Below, piece by piece: positions 26,114 to 36,593 of a stretch of 64,000 nucleotides of DNA. The translations under genes and the position numbers were made by a program. Origin of the DNA: Actinomycetota bacterium. GTDB taxonomy: Bacteria > Actinomycetota > CADDZG01 > JAHWKV01. The stretch spans positions 1,172 through 65,171 of the forward strand of contig JBBDRQ010000083.1 of NCBI GenBank assembly GCA_040905365.1, read 5' to 3'. Within the stretch, counting starts at the first letter, position 1. Every line of letters begins with the position of its first letter. The notes below the pieces were generated by a model. It saw nothing but the letters and a program-made list of their open reading frames with translations. It made no database searches and was not told where the DNA came from.

Positions 26114-26958
26114 CCGTCCTCGCTGCCTTGCTCGCCGGCGTTGTGGCGGGGTGGCTGTTGCTGCGCACGGCGAGCGCGGTTTTATTCCACCCGGTGCTGC
26201 GGCGGAGCAACTACAGGGGAGCGCAACTCCCCACCGCCGCAGGCCTGGTCGTGGTCGCGGCTGCGCTGGCCGTCGAAGGCGGGCGCGCCCTGCTGGGCAT
26301 GTTCGGAGTAGGAGATCCGGCTGCGCCGGCTCGGGTGACGATGCTGGCCGCGGTAACGGCGTTCGGGTTTCTTGGGATGATGGACGACCTGCTGGGGGAC
26401 GCCGACGATAGAGGCTTGCGCGGCCATATTGGGGCGGCGCTGCGCGGCCGAGTTACGACGGGATTTGTGAAGTTGGGCGGCGGAGCGGCGGCGGCACTCG
26501 TGCTCTCCGGTTTTATTAACGGCAACCGGCCGGGCCGGGTCTTGGTGGATGCCGCGGTTATCGCTCTGGCCGCCAACCTGGGCAACTTGCTGGACCGAGC
26601 GCCGGGCCGCACGTTGAAGTGGGCAGTGCTGGCTTACATCCCCCTGGGGGCGGCCGGCGGTTCATCCGAGGCCTCCACGGCGCTTGCCGTGGTGATCGGC
26701 GCGGGGCTGGCTCTGGCGGCCGGCGACGTGCGCGAGCGCTTTATGCTGGGCGATACCGGCGCCAATGCGCTGGGGGCGGCGTTGGGGGTGACCGCGGTGC
26801 TGGTGACGGCGCCGCAGGTCCGCACGGTCGTGGCGGTGGCGCTGGTGCTTCTCACCCTACTGTCCGAGGTGGTGTCGCTTAGCCGCATCATAGAAGCGGT
26901 ACCGCCGCTGCGGGGCCTGGACCGATTGGGGCGGCTGCCCCGGAAGGAGCGGAATTGA
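26110..26958 (+). CDS. divergent PNPT-family (MraY/WecA-like) polyprenyl-phosphate sugar-phosphate transferase
   Basis: 'LRRSNYRGAQLPTAAGLVVV' resembles the WecA/MraY N-terminus. 'GMMDDLLGDADD' is a DDxxD-like motif. 'ANLGNLLDRAPG' is a degenerate NxxNxxDGxDG motif. 'GDTGANALGAALG' matches GDxGS. It is only 282 aa with about 8 TM helices. Confidence 0.5.
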   Translation: MTVLAALLAGVVAGWLLLRTASAVLFHPVLRRSNYRGAQLPTAAGLVVVAAALAVEGGRALLGMFGVGDPAAPARVTMLAAVTAFGFLGMMDDLLGDADDRGLRGHIGAALRGRVTTGFVKLGGGAAAALVLSGFINGNRPGRVLVDAAVIALAANLGNLLDRAPGRTLKWAVLAYIPLGAAGGSSEASTALAVVIGAGLALAAGDVRERFMLGDTGANALGAALGVTAVLVTAPQVRTVVAVALVLLTLLSEVVSLSRIIEAVPPLRGLDRLGRLPRKERN

Positions 26959-29219
26959 CCCCGCGTCTAAGGCACCGGTTCGCGGCCTTGGCGCTGGTGG
27001 CGTTGGGGCTCGGGGCTGCGGTTCCGGCGGGCGCCGCCACTCCCGCCGAGTCGCAGGGGCCGCAAGGGCGCTTGCTGGTCGTATCGTTGCCGGGTTTGAC
27101 CTGGTCGGACGTGGCCTCGCAGGAGTTGCCGGCCATGGAAGGCTTCTTCGAGGACGCCGCTCTGGCGAACCTGGCGCCGCGCAGCGTCTCGGCGAAGGCC
27201 AGGCCGGGCAATGCCTACTTGACCATATCGGCCGGGTCCCGTGCGGCAGGCCTTCCCTCGGTGGATGGACAGGTCTTGGGTCTAACCGAGAAGAGGTTGG
27301 GAGCCGAAGCTCAGGAGATTTTCCGCCGTCGCACGGGCGTGATCGTCGACGGCGAGTTCGTCGTTCTGCACTGGCCGCGCATCGTCAGAACCAACCAGCA
27401 GCACCCGTACGACGCGGTTTTGGGCCTGCTCCAGGAAACGCTCGAGGAAAATGGGATCGGGTCGGCAGTTATCGGCAACGCCGACGGTACCGACACCACC
27501 TCCGCCTCCTATGAGCGGCAGGTTGGGCTGGCCCTGGCGGACCGCGACGGGGTAGTGGCCCGAGGAGAGCTTGGTCCTGGCTTACGGCAAGAGGATCCTC
27601 CTGCGCCCTACGGGGTCCGGCTGGATACATCCGCCGCGATGGAGGAATTCGACCGACACTGGGGCAACTCCGCCTCGGAAAGAGAGTCTGGCGCCAAGGT
27701 GGTGATGGTGGAAGGTTCCGACCTGGCGCGGGTGCTCGACTATCGGTCGAAGGTAAGCTCGGATCGGTTCTATGAGCTGTGGGATTCCGCGCTGGCCGAC
27801 TCCGACGAACTGTTCGGTCGACTGATGGAGCGAGTGGATCCCGAAATGGACAGCGTGCTGGTGGTGGCTCCATACAACCTGCGCGGGAGCCGAAACCTGA
27901 CCGTGGCCGCCCTTCGCACGCCCGGAGGTGTTTCAGGTTATCTGAAGTCTGCTTCGACCCAGCGGGCGGGCTTTCTGACTCTGGTCGATATCGCTCCGAC
28001 GGTGCTAGACGTTTTTGGTGTCCCGCGGCCGATTGAGATGGAGGGTCGTCGAGCTGAGGTCTCGCCGGTTTCTTTGCCATTCGTCGATCGGGTGGATCAC
28101 CTGGTCTCATCGAACCGGGCCTCCCGCTTCCGGGAGCGTTTGCTGGTTCCAACGAGTTTGGCAATCGTGCTCACCATGGCGTTGGCGGCGGTGGGAACCG
28201 TGGTGGTGCTGATGGGACGTCTGGGTGCCCGGTGGCGCCGCGGCGTGGCCTTCGCCGTCCTTGGGACGTTGACCGTGTTTCCTGCCTCATACCTGGCAAG
28301 GTTGTTCAGTCTCGAGGATCTGGGGCTGGGCTTTTATTGGGCCTTTGTCTTGGCGGCAGCCGCGGGCACTTCAGTGGTGGCGTCGGTGCTAGGTGCCCGC
28401 TCCAAGCATGCCTACTCGGGTCTGGTGCTCGTGCTGTCGATGGTTGCCGGCGTATTGGTGTTCGATGTGATGACCGGATCCCGGCTCAGCCTGGGCGCAG
28501 CCTTCGGATACTCGCCGACCGGAAACTCCCGTCTGTACGGGATCAGCAATTACTCTTACGGTCAGCTGGCGACGGCGACCTGTTTGCTGGCCGCGGTCCT
28601 TGCGGCGCGGTTTCGGGGTACGACAGGACGCGCGGCCTCGGTAGGGCTGCTCGTCGCAGCCCTGATCGTCATGGGGGTTCCGATATGGGGCTCCGACGTA
28701 GGCGGGATTTTGGCGTTTACACCCACCATTTTGGTATTTGTGACGCTATTGCAGGGCCGCAAGATTCGCTGGCGGACGGTGGTCGGTGGGGCGGCCGCCA
28801 CCACTTTGGCGGTTGCTGCGTTCGGTTTGCTGGACCTGGCCAGACCGGCGGAGAGGCGGACGCATTTGGGCCGGCTTATAGAGCGCGTGATGAACGAAGG
28901 TTTTGGGCCTCTGTACTCGATAGTGGAGCGCAAGCTGGTCGCCAATCTCCAGGTATCGGTCTCTTCTTTTTGGGTGGCGACCATCCCGCTGGCGGTTGCG
29001 TTCTGGTTGTTTTTGGTCAAAGTCCAACCGCGCTCTCTGGCCCGGGTTCGCTCCAGACTGCCCACGCTCGACGTTGGTCTGGCCTCGGCCACGGTGGCTG
29101 CGGTGCTGGGCAGCCTGGTAAACGATTCCGGAGCGATAATCGCCGGCGTAGCAGCCTCCATGCTCACGCTCAGCTTGGCTTATCTGGTGCTGGTCCACTC
29201 AGCCGAGGAACGGGAGTGA
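26955..29219 (+). CDS. exported protein (paralog 2): type-I-phosphodiesterase/AP-like ectodomain plus C-terminal polytopic membrane domain
   Basis: Sec signal (RHRFAALALVALGLGAAVPAGAATPA). 'LLVVSLPGLTWSDVASQELPAMEGFFEDAALANLAPRS' is the same motif as paralog 1. A polytopic C-terminal domain follows. Overlapping stop/start with the PNPT gene. Confidence 0.6.
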   Translation: MTPRLRHRFAALALVALGLGAAVPAGAATPAESQGPQGRLLVVSLPGLTWSDVASQELPAMEGFFEDAALANLAPRSVSAKARPGNAYLTISAGSRAAGLPSVDGQVLGLTEKRLGAEAQEIFRRRTGVIVDGEFVVLHWPRIVRTNQQHPYDAVLGLLQETLEENGIGSAVIGNADGTDTTSASYERQVGLALADRDGVVARGELGPGLRQEDPPAPYGVRLDTSAAMEEFDRHWGNSASERESGAKVVMVEGSDLARVLDYRSKVSSDRFYELWDSALADSDELFGRLMERVDPEMDSVLVVAPYNLRGSRNLTVAALRTPGGVSGYLKSASTQRAGFLTLVDIAPTVLDVFGVPRPIEMEGRRAEVSPVSLPFVDRVDHLVSSNRASRFRERLLVPTSLAIVLTMALAAVGTVVVLMGRLGARWRRGVAFAVLGTLTVFPASYLARLFSLEDLGLGFYWAFVLAAAAGTSVVASVLGARSKHAYSGLVLVLSMVAGVLVFDVMTGSRLSLGAAFGYSPTGNSRLYGISNYSYGQLATATCLLAAVLAARFRGTTGRAASVGLLVAALIVMGVPIWGSDVGGILAFTPTILVFVTLLQGRKIRWRTVVGGAAATTLAVAAFGLLDLARPAERRTHLGRLIERVMNEGFGPLYSIVERKLVANLQVSVSSFWVATIPLAVAFWLFLVKVQPRSLARVRSRLPTLDVGLASATVAAVLGSLVNDSGAIIAGVAASMLTLSLAYLVLVHSAEERE

Positions 29220-29224
29220 GCTAA

Positions 29225-31042
<1,818 letters not shown>

Positions 31043-31105
31043 TGCCCCGGGTCACTCGGTAACCGGCCGGCGGCGCACCCGCCCGCGGTGGTTTAGGATC
31101 GAGGA

Positions 31106-31666
31106 ATGATAGGGGATAGGAAGGTTCTAGAGTCCGAACAGGTTCTGGACGCGGGGTTTTTCACCGTCGTGCGCGATGCCGTGGAGCTTCCCGGCGGCAT
31201 GATCAAGGACTACTACACGGCCAAGCACCCCGGCGCGGTGGCCGTAGTTCCGGTGGATGAGGACGGCCGGGTGCTGATGGTGCGCCAGTACCGGCAGGCG
31301 GCCGGTGACACGTTGTTGGAGATTCCGGCCGGCAAGCTCGATCCGGGAGAGGACCCGTGGGTGTGCGGGCGCCGGGAGCTCGAAGAGGAGACCGGGTACC
31401 GCTGCGAACACTTGGAGCTTTTGACGAAATTCTATGCCAGCCCCGGAATGACCGACGAGGAGATACATGTGTTCGTGGGCACGGGCCTGGAGCCGGTAGC
31501 GGAAATGCCCTCTCACGACGGAGGGGAACCCATCAGCTCCGAGTGGCTGTTGAGCGACGAGGTCATACCCGCCATCGAGGACGGTCGGATCGTGGACGGC
31601 AAGAGCATAGTGGGAATTACCTTGTACAAAGTTAAGGAGCACGAGCGGATTCACGATTTGGACTGA
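31106..31666 (+). CDS. NUDIX hydrolase (ADP-ribose pyrophosphatase-like)
   Basis: Nudix box 'GKLDPGEDPWVCGRRELEEETGY'. Confidence 0.85.
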   Translation: MIGDRKVLESEQVLDAGFFTVVRDAVELPGGMIKDYYTAKHPGAVAVVPVDEDGRVLMVRQYRQAAGDTLLEIPAGKLDPGEDPWVCGRRELEEETGYRCEHLELLTKFYASPGMTDEEIHVFVGTGLEPVAEMPSHDGGEPISSEWLLSDEVIPAIEDGRIVDGKSIVGITLYKVKEHERIHDLD

Positions 31667-31690
31667 CGGCAGGTTAGGAGTGGTGGCGGT

Positions 31691-32803
31691 TTGATAGTAG
31701 GAGTTCCCGCAGAGCTAAAGGATCACGAATACCGGGTGGCGTTGACGCCTGCGGGAGCCAGGGAGCTGACCTCCGCCGGCCACCGGGTGCTGATGGAGCA
31801 GGACGCCGGCGCCGGATCGCACATCGATGACGGGGAGTACCTGGGGGCGGGAGCCGAGCTGACCGACGTCGAAACCGTTTGGTCGGAGTCGGAGATGGTA
31901 CTTAAGGTCAAGGAGCCGGTGCCGTCGGAATTCGGCAGGCTGCGCGAGGACCAGATCCTTTTCACTTTTTTGCATCTGGCTGCGAGCCGGCCGGTGACGC
32001 AGGCGCTAATCGATTCCAAGGTGGCGGCCGTTGCCTACGAGACGGTACAGAACCAAGCCGGCCATCTGCCGCTGCTGGCCCCTATGAGCGAGGTGGCCGG
32101 GCGCATGGCTCCGCAGGTGGGCGCGAATTTGCTGGAGAAAGAACACGCAGGGCGGGGCATTCTTCTGGGGGGCGTCTCGGGAGTACACCCGGCGAAGGTG
32201 GTCGTGCTGGGCGCGGGCATGGCCGGCGCCAACGCGGCCTGGCTGGCGCAGGGCCTGGAAGCCGAAGTGCTGGTCCTGGACCGCAGCATCGATCGCCTTC
32301 GCTACATAGACTCGATTCACAAGGGGCGCATCGTAACCATCATGTCCAACCAGACCACCATTGAGGACGCGGTGGTCGAGGCGGATTTGGTCGTGGGGGC
32401 CGTCCTGGTGCCCGGAGCCCGCGCACCTCACTTGGTCGGCAAGGAGCTCGTTGCCCGGATGAAGCCGGGATCGGTTGTGGTCGATATCTCGGTGGATCAG
32501 GGCGGCTGTTTTGAGACCTCCAGGATGACCTCGCACTCCAACCCGACCTTCGTGCACGAAGGGGTGGTCCACTACTGTGTGGGCAACATGCCCGGGGCGG
32601 TCCCGCACACGTCCACCTACGCCTTGACCAACGCAACCCTGCCTTACGTACTGGAGCTGGCCAACCAGGGTCTGCACCAAGCCTGCGAATCCGACCGGGC
32701 TTTGTGCAAGGGCGTCAACGTGCTTCAGGGTCACCTCGTCAACCAGGCGGTGGCGGAGGCTCATGGGATGAGCTACAAACCGATTGATGCCTTACTGGGC
32801 TAG
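31691..32803 (+). CDS. ald: alanine dehydrogenase
   Basis: 'MIVGVPAELKDHEYRVALTPAGAREL' N-terminus. Rossmann fold 'VVVLGAGMAGANAA'. Confidence 0.9.
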   Translation: MIVGVPAELKDHEYRVALTPAGARELTSAGHRVLMEQDAGAGSHIDDGEYLGAGAELTDVETVWSESEMVLKVKEPVPSEFGRLREDQILFTFLHLAASRPVTQALIDSKVAAVAYETVQNQAGHLPLLAPMSEVAGRMAPQVGANLLEKEHAGRGILLGGVSGVHPAKVVVLGAGMAGANAAWLAQGLEAEVLVLDRSIDRLRYIDSIHKGRIVTIMSNQTTIEDAVVEADLVVGAVLVPGARAPHLVGKELVARMKPGSVVVDISVDQGGCFETSRMTSHSNPTFVHEGVVHYCVGNMPGAVPHTSTYALTNATLPYVLELANQGLHQACESDRALCKGVNVLQGHLVNQAVAEAHGMSYKPIDALLG

Positions 32804-32915
32804 CACCCCTGGTCACTAACTCTTGCGAGGTTTGGGGCGCGTTGGCGGGAGTGGGCGGCGGCCCCGGTCGGGGGAATCCTTGAACGGATGTGCGCCTGTT
32901 GGTAAGGTCTCTCCA

Positions 32916-34043
32916 GTGAACTGCCGGCCTGAGCGCCCGCTCTCGCGTCAACTCTGCCGTGCGGTGGCCTCGATGGCTGTTCTGGCTTACTTGGTGGCAC
33001 CCGCACCCGCCGCTTCGGGCCAGTCCGGCGATCTGGAGTCCATCCGCAACCGGCTTCAGAACGCCCAAAACCAGACCTCGAAGGTTTTGGGCGAGCTCAA
33101 GAGCATCGATTCAAGAATCTACTCGGTCGGCAACACCATAGCGCAGGACGAAGCCGAGGTAGCCACGCTGCGGGAGCGTATCAACCTTGCCGAAGGGCAC
33201 GTCGCGGAGCTGGAGTCGCAGATGACTCAGGTCCGTAAGGCCTCCAACGACCGGGCCCGCCGTATGTACATGAACGGGCCGGCCAACATCCTGTCGGTGC
33301 TGTTCAACGCAACCAGCTTCGGAGATCTGCCGCGCGTGCGGGTGTTCTTTGAGAGCCTGGCGGAGGAGGACGGCGCGACGATCATCGAGGCCAACCGGCT
33401 CAAGGAGGATCTGGAGATCGAGAAGGCCGAGCTGGCCGGGGCGGTGCAGGAGTTGCGGGGCCGAGTGGAAAGGCTCGATGCCGAACGGGCAGATCTGCAA
33501 GACACCCGGCAACAAAGGGCCTCATCGCTCGCCCAGCTCAAGGAAGCGATTGAACAGGCGCAGGAGGCCGAGCAGGCGGTGCTGGCCGCCCGGGCGGCAG
33601 CGGTGAAGGAGCCCGAACCCTCCGGGAGCTGCACCCCGGGTATTGCGGCCAGAGACCAGAAGTTGGCTGCGCTGTTGAATTGGTATTCACCGGCCACCGG
33701 CGGATCCGGATTGATGCCCGACAAGCTCAGCCCCAGCGGGGTGGTGACCTCGGGAGAGGCTTCCTGGTACGGACCCGGGTTCGACGGCTGCCGCAGTGCC
33801 AGCGGGGCCACGTTTTACGAGGCTCAGATGACGGCGGCTAGCTTAAGCCTACCCATGGGCACCCTTTTGAAGGTTACCCACGGCGGCAAGGCCGTCGTGG
33901 TCGTCATTACCGACCGGGGACCCTACGCACACGGCCGCGTCCTGGATCTTTCCAGGGCGGCCGCAGAGGCCCTGGGCTTGAGCGTGGGCCACGTCGAAAT
34001 GGAGATCCTGCTTCCGACCGAGCCGGCGCCCCCGTTTCCGTAG
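32916..34043 (+). CDS. secreted coiled-coil protein with C-terminal RlpA-like double-psi beta-barrel (DPBB) domain
   Basis: Signal peptide (MNCRPERPLSRQLCRAVASMAVLAYLVAPAPAASG). About 200 aa of coiled coil. C-terminal 'GEASWYGPGFDGCRSASGATFYEAQMTAASLSLPMGTLLKVTHGGKAVVVVITDRGPYAHGRVLDLSRAAAEALGL' is the RlpA/expansin-like DPBB signature. Start codon uncertain: the GTG at 32916, GTG at 32964 and ATG at 32973 are all in frame. Confidence 0.7.
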   Translation: MNCRPERPLSRQLCRAVASMAVLAYLVAPAPAASGQSGDLESIRNRLQNAQNQTSKVLGELKSIDSRIYSVGNTIAQDEAEVATLRERINLAEGHVAELESQMTQVRKASNDRARRMYMNGPANILSVLFNATSFGDLPRVRVFFESLAEEDGATIIEANRLKEDLEIEKAELAGAVQELRGRVERLDAERADLQDTRQQRASSLAQLKEAIEQAQEAEQAVLAARAAAVKEPEPSGSCTPGIAARDQKLAALLNWYSPATGGSGLMPDKLSPSGVVTSGEASWYGPGFDGCRSASGATFYEAQMTAASLSLPMGTLLKVTHGGKAVVVVITDRGPYAHGRVLDLSRAAAEALGLSVGHVEMEILLPTEPAPPFP

Positions 34044-34308
34044 TTTGACGGTCCCGTAAGGGACGTTTGGGTCTGTGCTTTGGACTTGGCGATGGAGCGC
34101 TGCTGAGACGGTTTCCTGCGCAAATTAGCCAAAAGGCACTATGCTTCAACTAGGTATTTGGTTTGGTAATTCCTAAGCGGCACGTGGTGCCGGTCGCCAT
34201 GAGGCGATTGCGCGTCCGGTAACCGGCGTTCGGTCCGGAGGTCTGAGACCTCTATCGGCGTCAGCGGCTGCACGGCCGGCCTCGGCCGGCTTTCATTAAG
34301 GAGGCAAC

Positions 34309-34659
34309 GTGGGTCTGACGAAGGACGACTTGCAGTCTGCGCAACGTAGGCTGCAAGACGAAAAGGACATAGTTAGAACGGAGTTGTCCGACTTGGGCTT
34401 CACCGCCGACGGCAAGGTCGACGTACATTTCGATGAAGGCTTTGCCGACGCCGCTCAGTCAACGGCCGAGCGGGCCAAGGTCCTTTCCCTGGCAGAAGGT
34501 CTGCGCCAGCGTCTCGAGGACCTGGACGAAGCGCTCGAGCGGATAGACGAAGGTACCTACGGGGTGTGTGAACGCTGCGGAAAAGAGATCAACCCAGAAC
34601 GCCTGGACGCCGTCCCCGCCGCAAGTCTGTGCATGCCCTGCAAACAGAAGGGCACGTAG
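34309..34659 (+). CDS. DksA/TraR-family C4 zinc-finger protein
   Basis: RBS 'aaggagg'. C-terminal 'CERCGKEINPERLDAVPAASLCMPC' four-Cys finger. 116 aa. Confidence 0.75.
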   Translation: MGLTKDDLQSAQRRLQDEKDIVRTELSDLGFTADGKVDVHFDEGFADAAQSTAERAKVLSLAEGLRQRLEDLDEALERIDEGTYGVCERCGKEINPERLDAVPAASLCMPCKQKGT

Positions 34660-34750
34660 GGCCGAGGATTGTCCCCTTAAATCCGGCAGTGAAGCTTTCG
34701 CCTCCCCTATTATTTGCGGTCCTTCCAGAGATTTGTCGACGAGGGGGCAA

Positions 34751-35671
34751 ATGGACTCTCTGAGCGTGTCGCTGAACCGCTTCGTTCAACAAAACCTTTT
34801 AACTGAGCTTTTTCCGCCTGATCATGAGGTAGAGGTTGAGGCTCCACCAATTCGGCCGGATTCACCCGGCCCCGGCCTTGTCGACCCGTCGCTGCCCACA
34901 GGAAGAATCGTCGCGGTGGTCAATCAGAGGGCGAAGGCCGGCAAGACGGTGACCGCCATCAATCTCGGCGCGGCATTGTGTGAGGAGGAAGCCCGGGTTT
35001 TGGCGGTCGATCTCGATCCACAGGGAACACTTTCCGCAAGGCTGGGCCTGTGTCCCGATGAGGTTGATCTTGGCGTGTACGAACTGCTCTTGGACCCTGC
35101 GGTCGATATCGCAGACCTTTTGCACCACACTGCGGTCCCCGGATTGGACCTGATTCCCTGCGGTATCGACCTTGCTGCAGCGGAGTTTGCTCTGGCGGCG
35201 GATGCGGCCGGTGTGCAGGTGCTGAAGACCCGTCTGGAGTCATGCCTCGGCCGTTACAACTACGTGCTGATCGACTGTCCGCCGTCGCTGGGCCTTCTGA
35301 CGGTGAACGCGCTGACCGCGGCCGGTGCCGTGCTCGCGCCGGTGGACTGTGAAACCTTCTCCGTAAAGGGGATGTCTTTACTTTTGGACGTAATCCATAA
35401 GGTCAAGTGGACGTTAAATCCTGAGCTCATCGTTCTAGGTATCCTGGCGACGATGAGCGAGACCGGGACCGAAGTCGGCAGCGCGGTTATGAGCAGCATC
35501 TCCGAGAACTTCCCAGGCTTGCTGTTCAAGACGGTCATCCACAAGGCGACCAAGCTATCCGAGGTCTCGCCGGCGGGAGCGGGGGAGCCGGCGCTCGTTC
35601 ACGCGCCCCAGTCCGGTCGGGCCGACGAGTATAGAGACATGGCCAGGGAAGTTCTGCTGCGGGGCAGTTGA
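34751..35671 (+). CDS. ParA/MinD-like ATPase with deviant Walker A
   Basis: ATG at 34751 (MDSLSVS...) is in frame. 'RIVAVVNQRAKAGKTVTAINLGAAL' replaces the canonical KGGxGKT with RAKAGKT. 'VLAVDLDPQGTLS' and 'YVLIDCPPSLG' are the ParA switch motifs. Confidence 0.7.
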   Translation: MDSLSVSLNRFVQQNLLTELFPPDHEVEVEAPPIRPDSPGPGLVDPSLPTGRIVAVVNQRAKAGKTVTAINLGAALCEEEARVLAVDLDPQGTLSARLGLCPDEVDLGVYELLLDPAVDIADLLHHTAVPGLDLIPCGIDLAAAEFALAADAAGVQVLKTRLESCLGRYNYVLIDCPPSLGLLTVNALTAAGAVLAPVDCETFSVKGMSLLLDVIHKVKWTLNPELIVLGILATMSETGTEVGSAVMSSISENFPGLLFKTVIHKATKLSEVSPAGAGEPALVHAPQSGRADEYRDMAREVLLRGS

Positions 35672-35699
35672 AGGCAACTGCGGGGAGCGTTGAGTAAAA

Positions 35700-35730
35700 G
35701 CCACCGCGTAACCCGAGGTTACGCGGTGGC
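35700..35730. terminator. bidirectional hairpin terminator (gccaccgcgtaac-ccgag-gttacgcggtggc)
   Basis: Perfect 13-bp inverted repeat between the convergent ParA-like and S2P genes. Confidence 0.6.
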
Positions 35731-35839
35731 TGCTTGCAGTTGAGGTTGAAGGTTAAAGATTGGTCATGGCTATAGGCGCTCGCTGCGGCCTTGCCGGGAA
35801 GCGCCTCGCGGGCCCCACCAAACGTCGCGAAAGTTAGTG

Positions 35840-35870
35840 GCCGGGGTACTAGAATAGCCGGGGTACTAGA
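35840..35870. repeat. tandem direct repeat 'gccggggtactaga' x2 (17-nt period)
   Basis: Seen directly in the sequence. It overlaps the 3' end of the S2P protease gene. Confidence 0.5.
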
Positions 35871-36498
35871 TAGCTCCACCGACTAGCGTCAAAATGAACT
35901 CGACGACGCCGTTGATGATGGGGCCGGCGAAGAACGGAAACAGCAGGAATACGAAGACCAACAGGATTACGAATCCCCACCTGTCCAGAAAGTAAATCCA
36001 GTGCTGCTTGCTGGGGGGCAGGAATACGCTGAGCAGGCGAGAACCATCCAGCGGGGGTATAGGCAGAAGGTTGAAAACGCCGAGCACAACGTTGAGTCGA
36101 AGGTTCATGAATAGAAACTCGAGCGTCAGGTTGGAGGCGGTTCCGATCAGGCGGACGAAAAATGCCGCGGCGGTGATCGCGAGCGCAAAGTTGACGGCCG
36201 GTCCCGCTACGGCAACCAGCGCCGCGCCGAACCGGGCGCTGCGCAGTTTATTGGGAGCAAAGGGTACCGGCTTGCCCCAGCCGAAGCCCACTAGGACGAT
36301 CATCACGGTGCCTAGAGGGTCCATGTGGGCTTTCGGGTTTACTGTAAGCCGGCCGGCGTCTTTGGCCGTCGGGTCGCCCTGCAGAGTCGCAGCCGCGGCG
36401 TGGCCGAACTCATGGAGAGACAGGGCCACGACGAACACGAGCGCGACCATCAGGAAGCCCGCTATGTCAGGTGGGGTGTCGAGGAGATAATTAAGCAC
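35866..36498 (-). CDS. site-2 protease family zinc metalloprotease (M50)
   Basis: 'HEFGH' HExxH in a TM helix and 'NLLPIPPLDGSRLL' LDG motif. 210 aa. Confidence 0.8.
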   Translation of the reverse strand: MLNYLLDTPPDIAGFLMVALVFVVALSLHEFGHAAAATLQGDPTAKDAGRLTVNPKAHMDPLGTVMIVLVGFGWGKPVPFAPNKLRSARFGAALVAVAGPAVNFALAITAAAFFVRLIGTASNLTLEFLFMNLRLNVVLGVFNLLPIPPLDGSRLLSVFLPPSKQHWIYFLDRWGFVILLVFVFLLFPFFAGPIINGVVEFILTLVGGAI

Positions 36499-36593
36499 TT
36501 AGGCTTAAGCATAAAGCTACGCTCGACAGGGGTCGCTTAGCTGAAACCCAGATGAAGCAGGAATCGGTGCCGGATGGGTGAGAAGGACGGACG

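Noticed and set aside
23882-29219. Idea that the AP-like large proteins are BREX PglZ homologs (PglZ is also alkaline-phosphatase-superfamily).
   Set aside because: Both proteins have secretion signals and about 10 TM helices, so the domain is extracytoplasmic. No brx/pgl partner genes (BrxC ATPase, PglX methylase) are present. An envelope role fits the MurJ/PNPT/GT4 context better.
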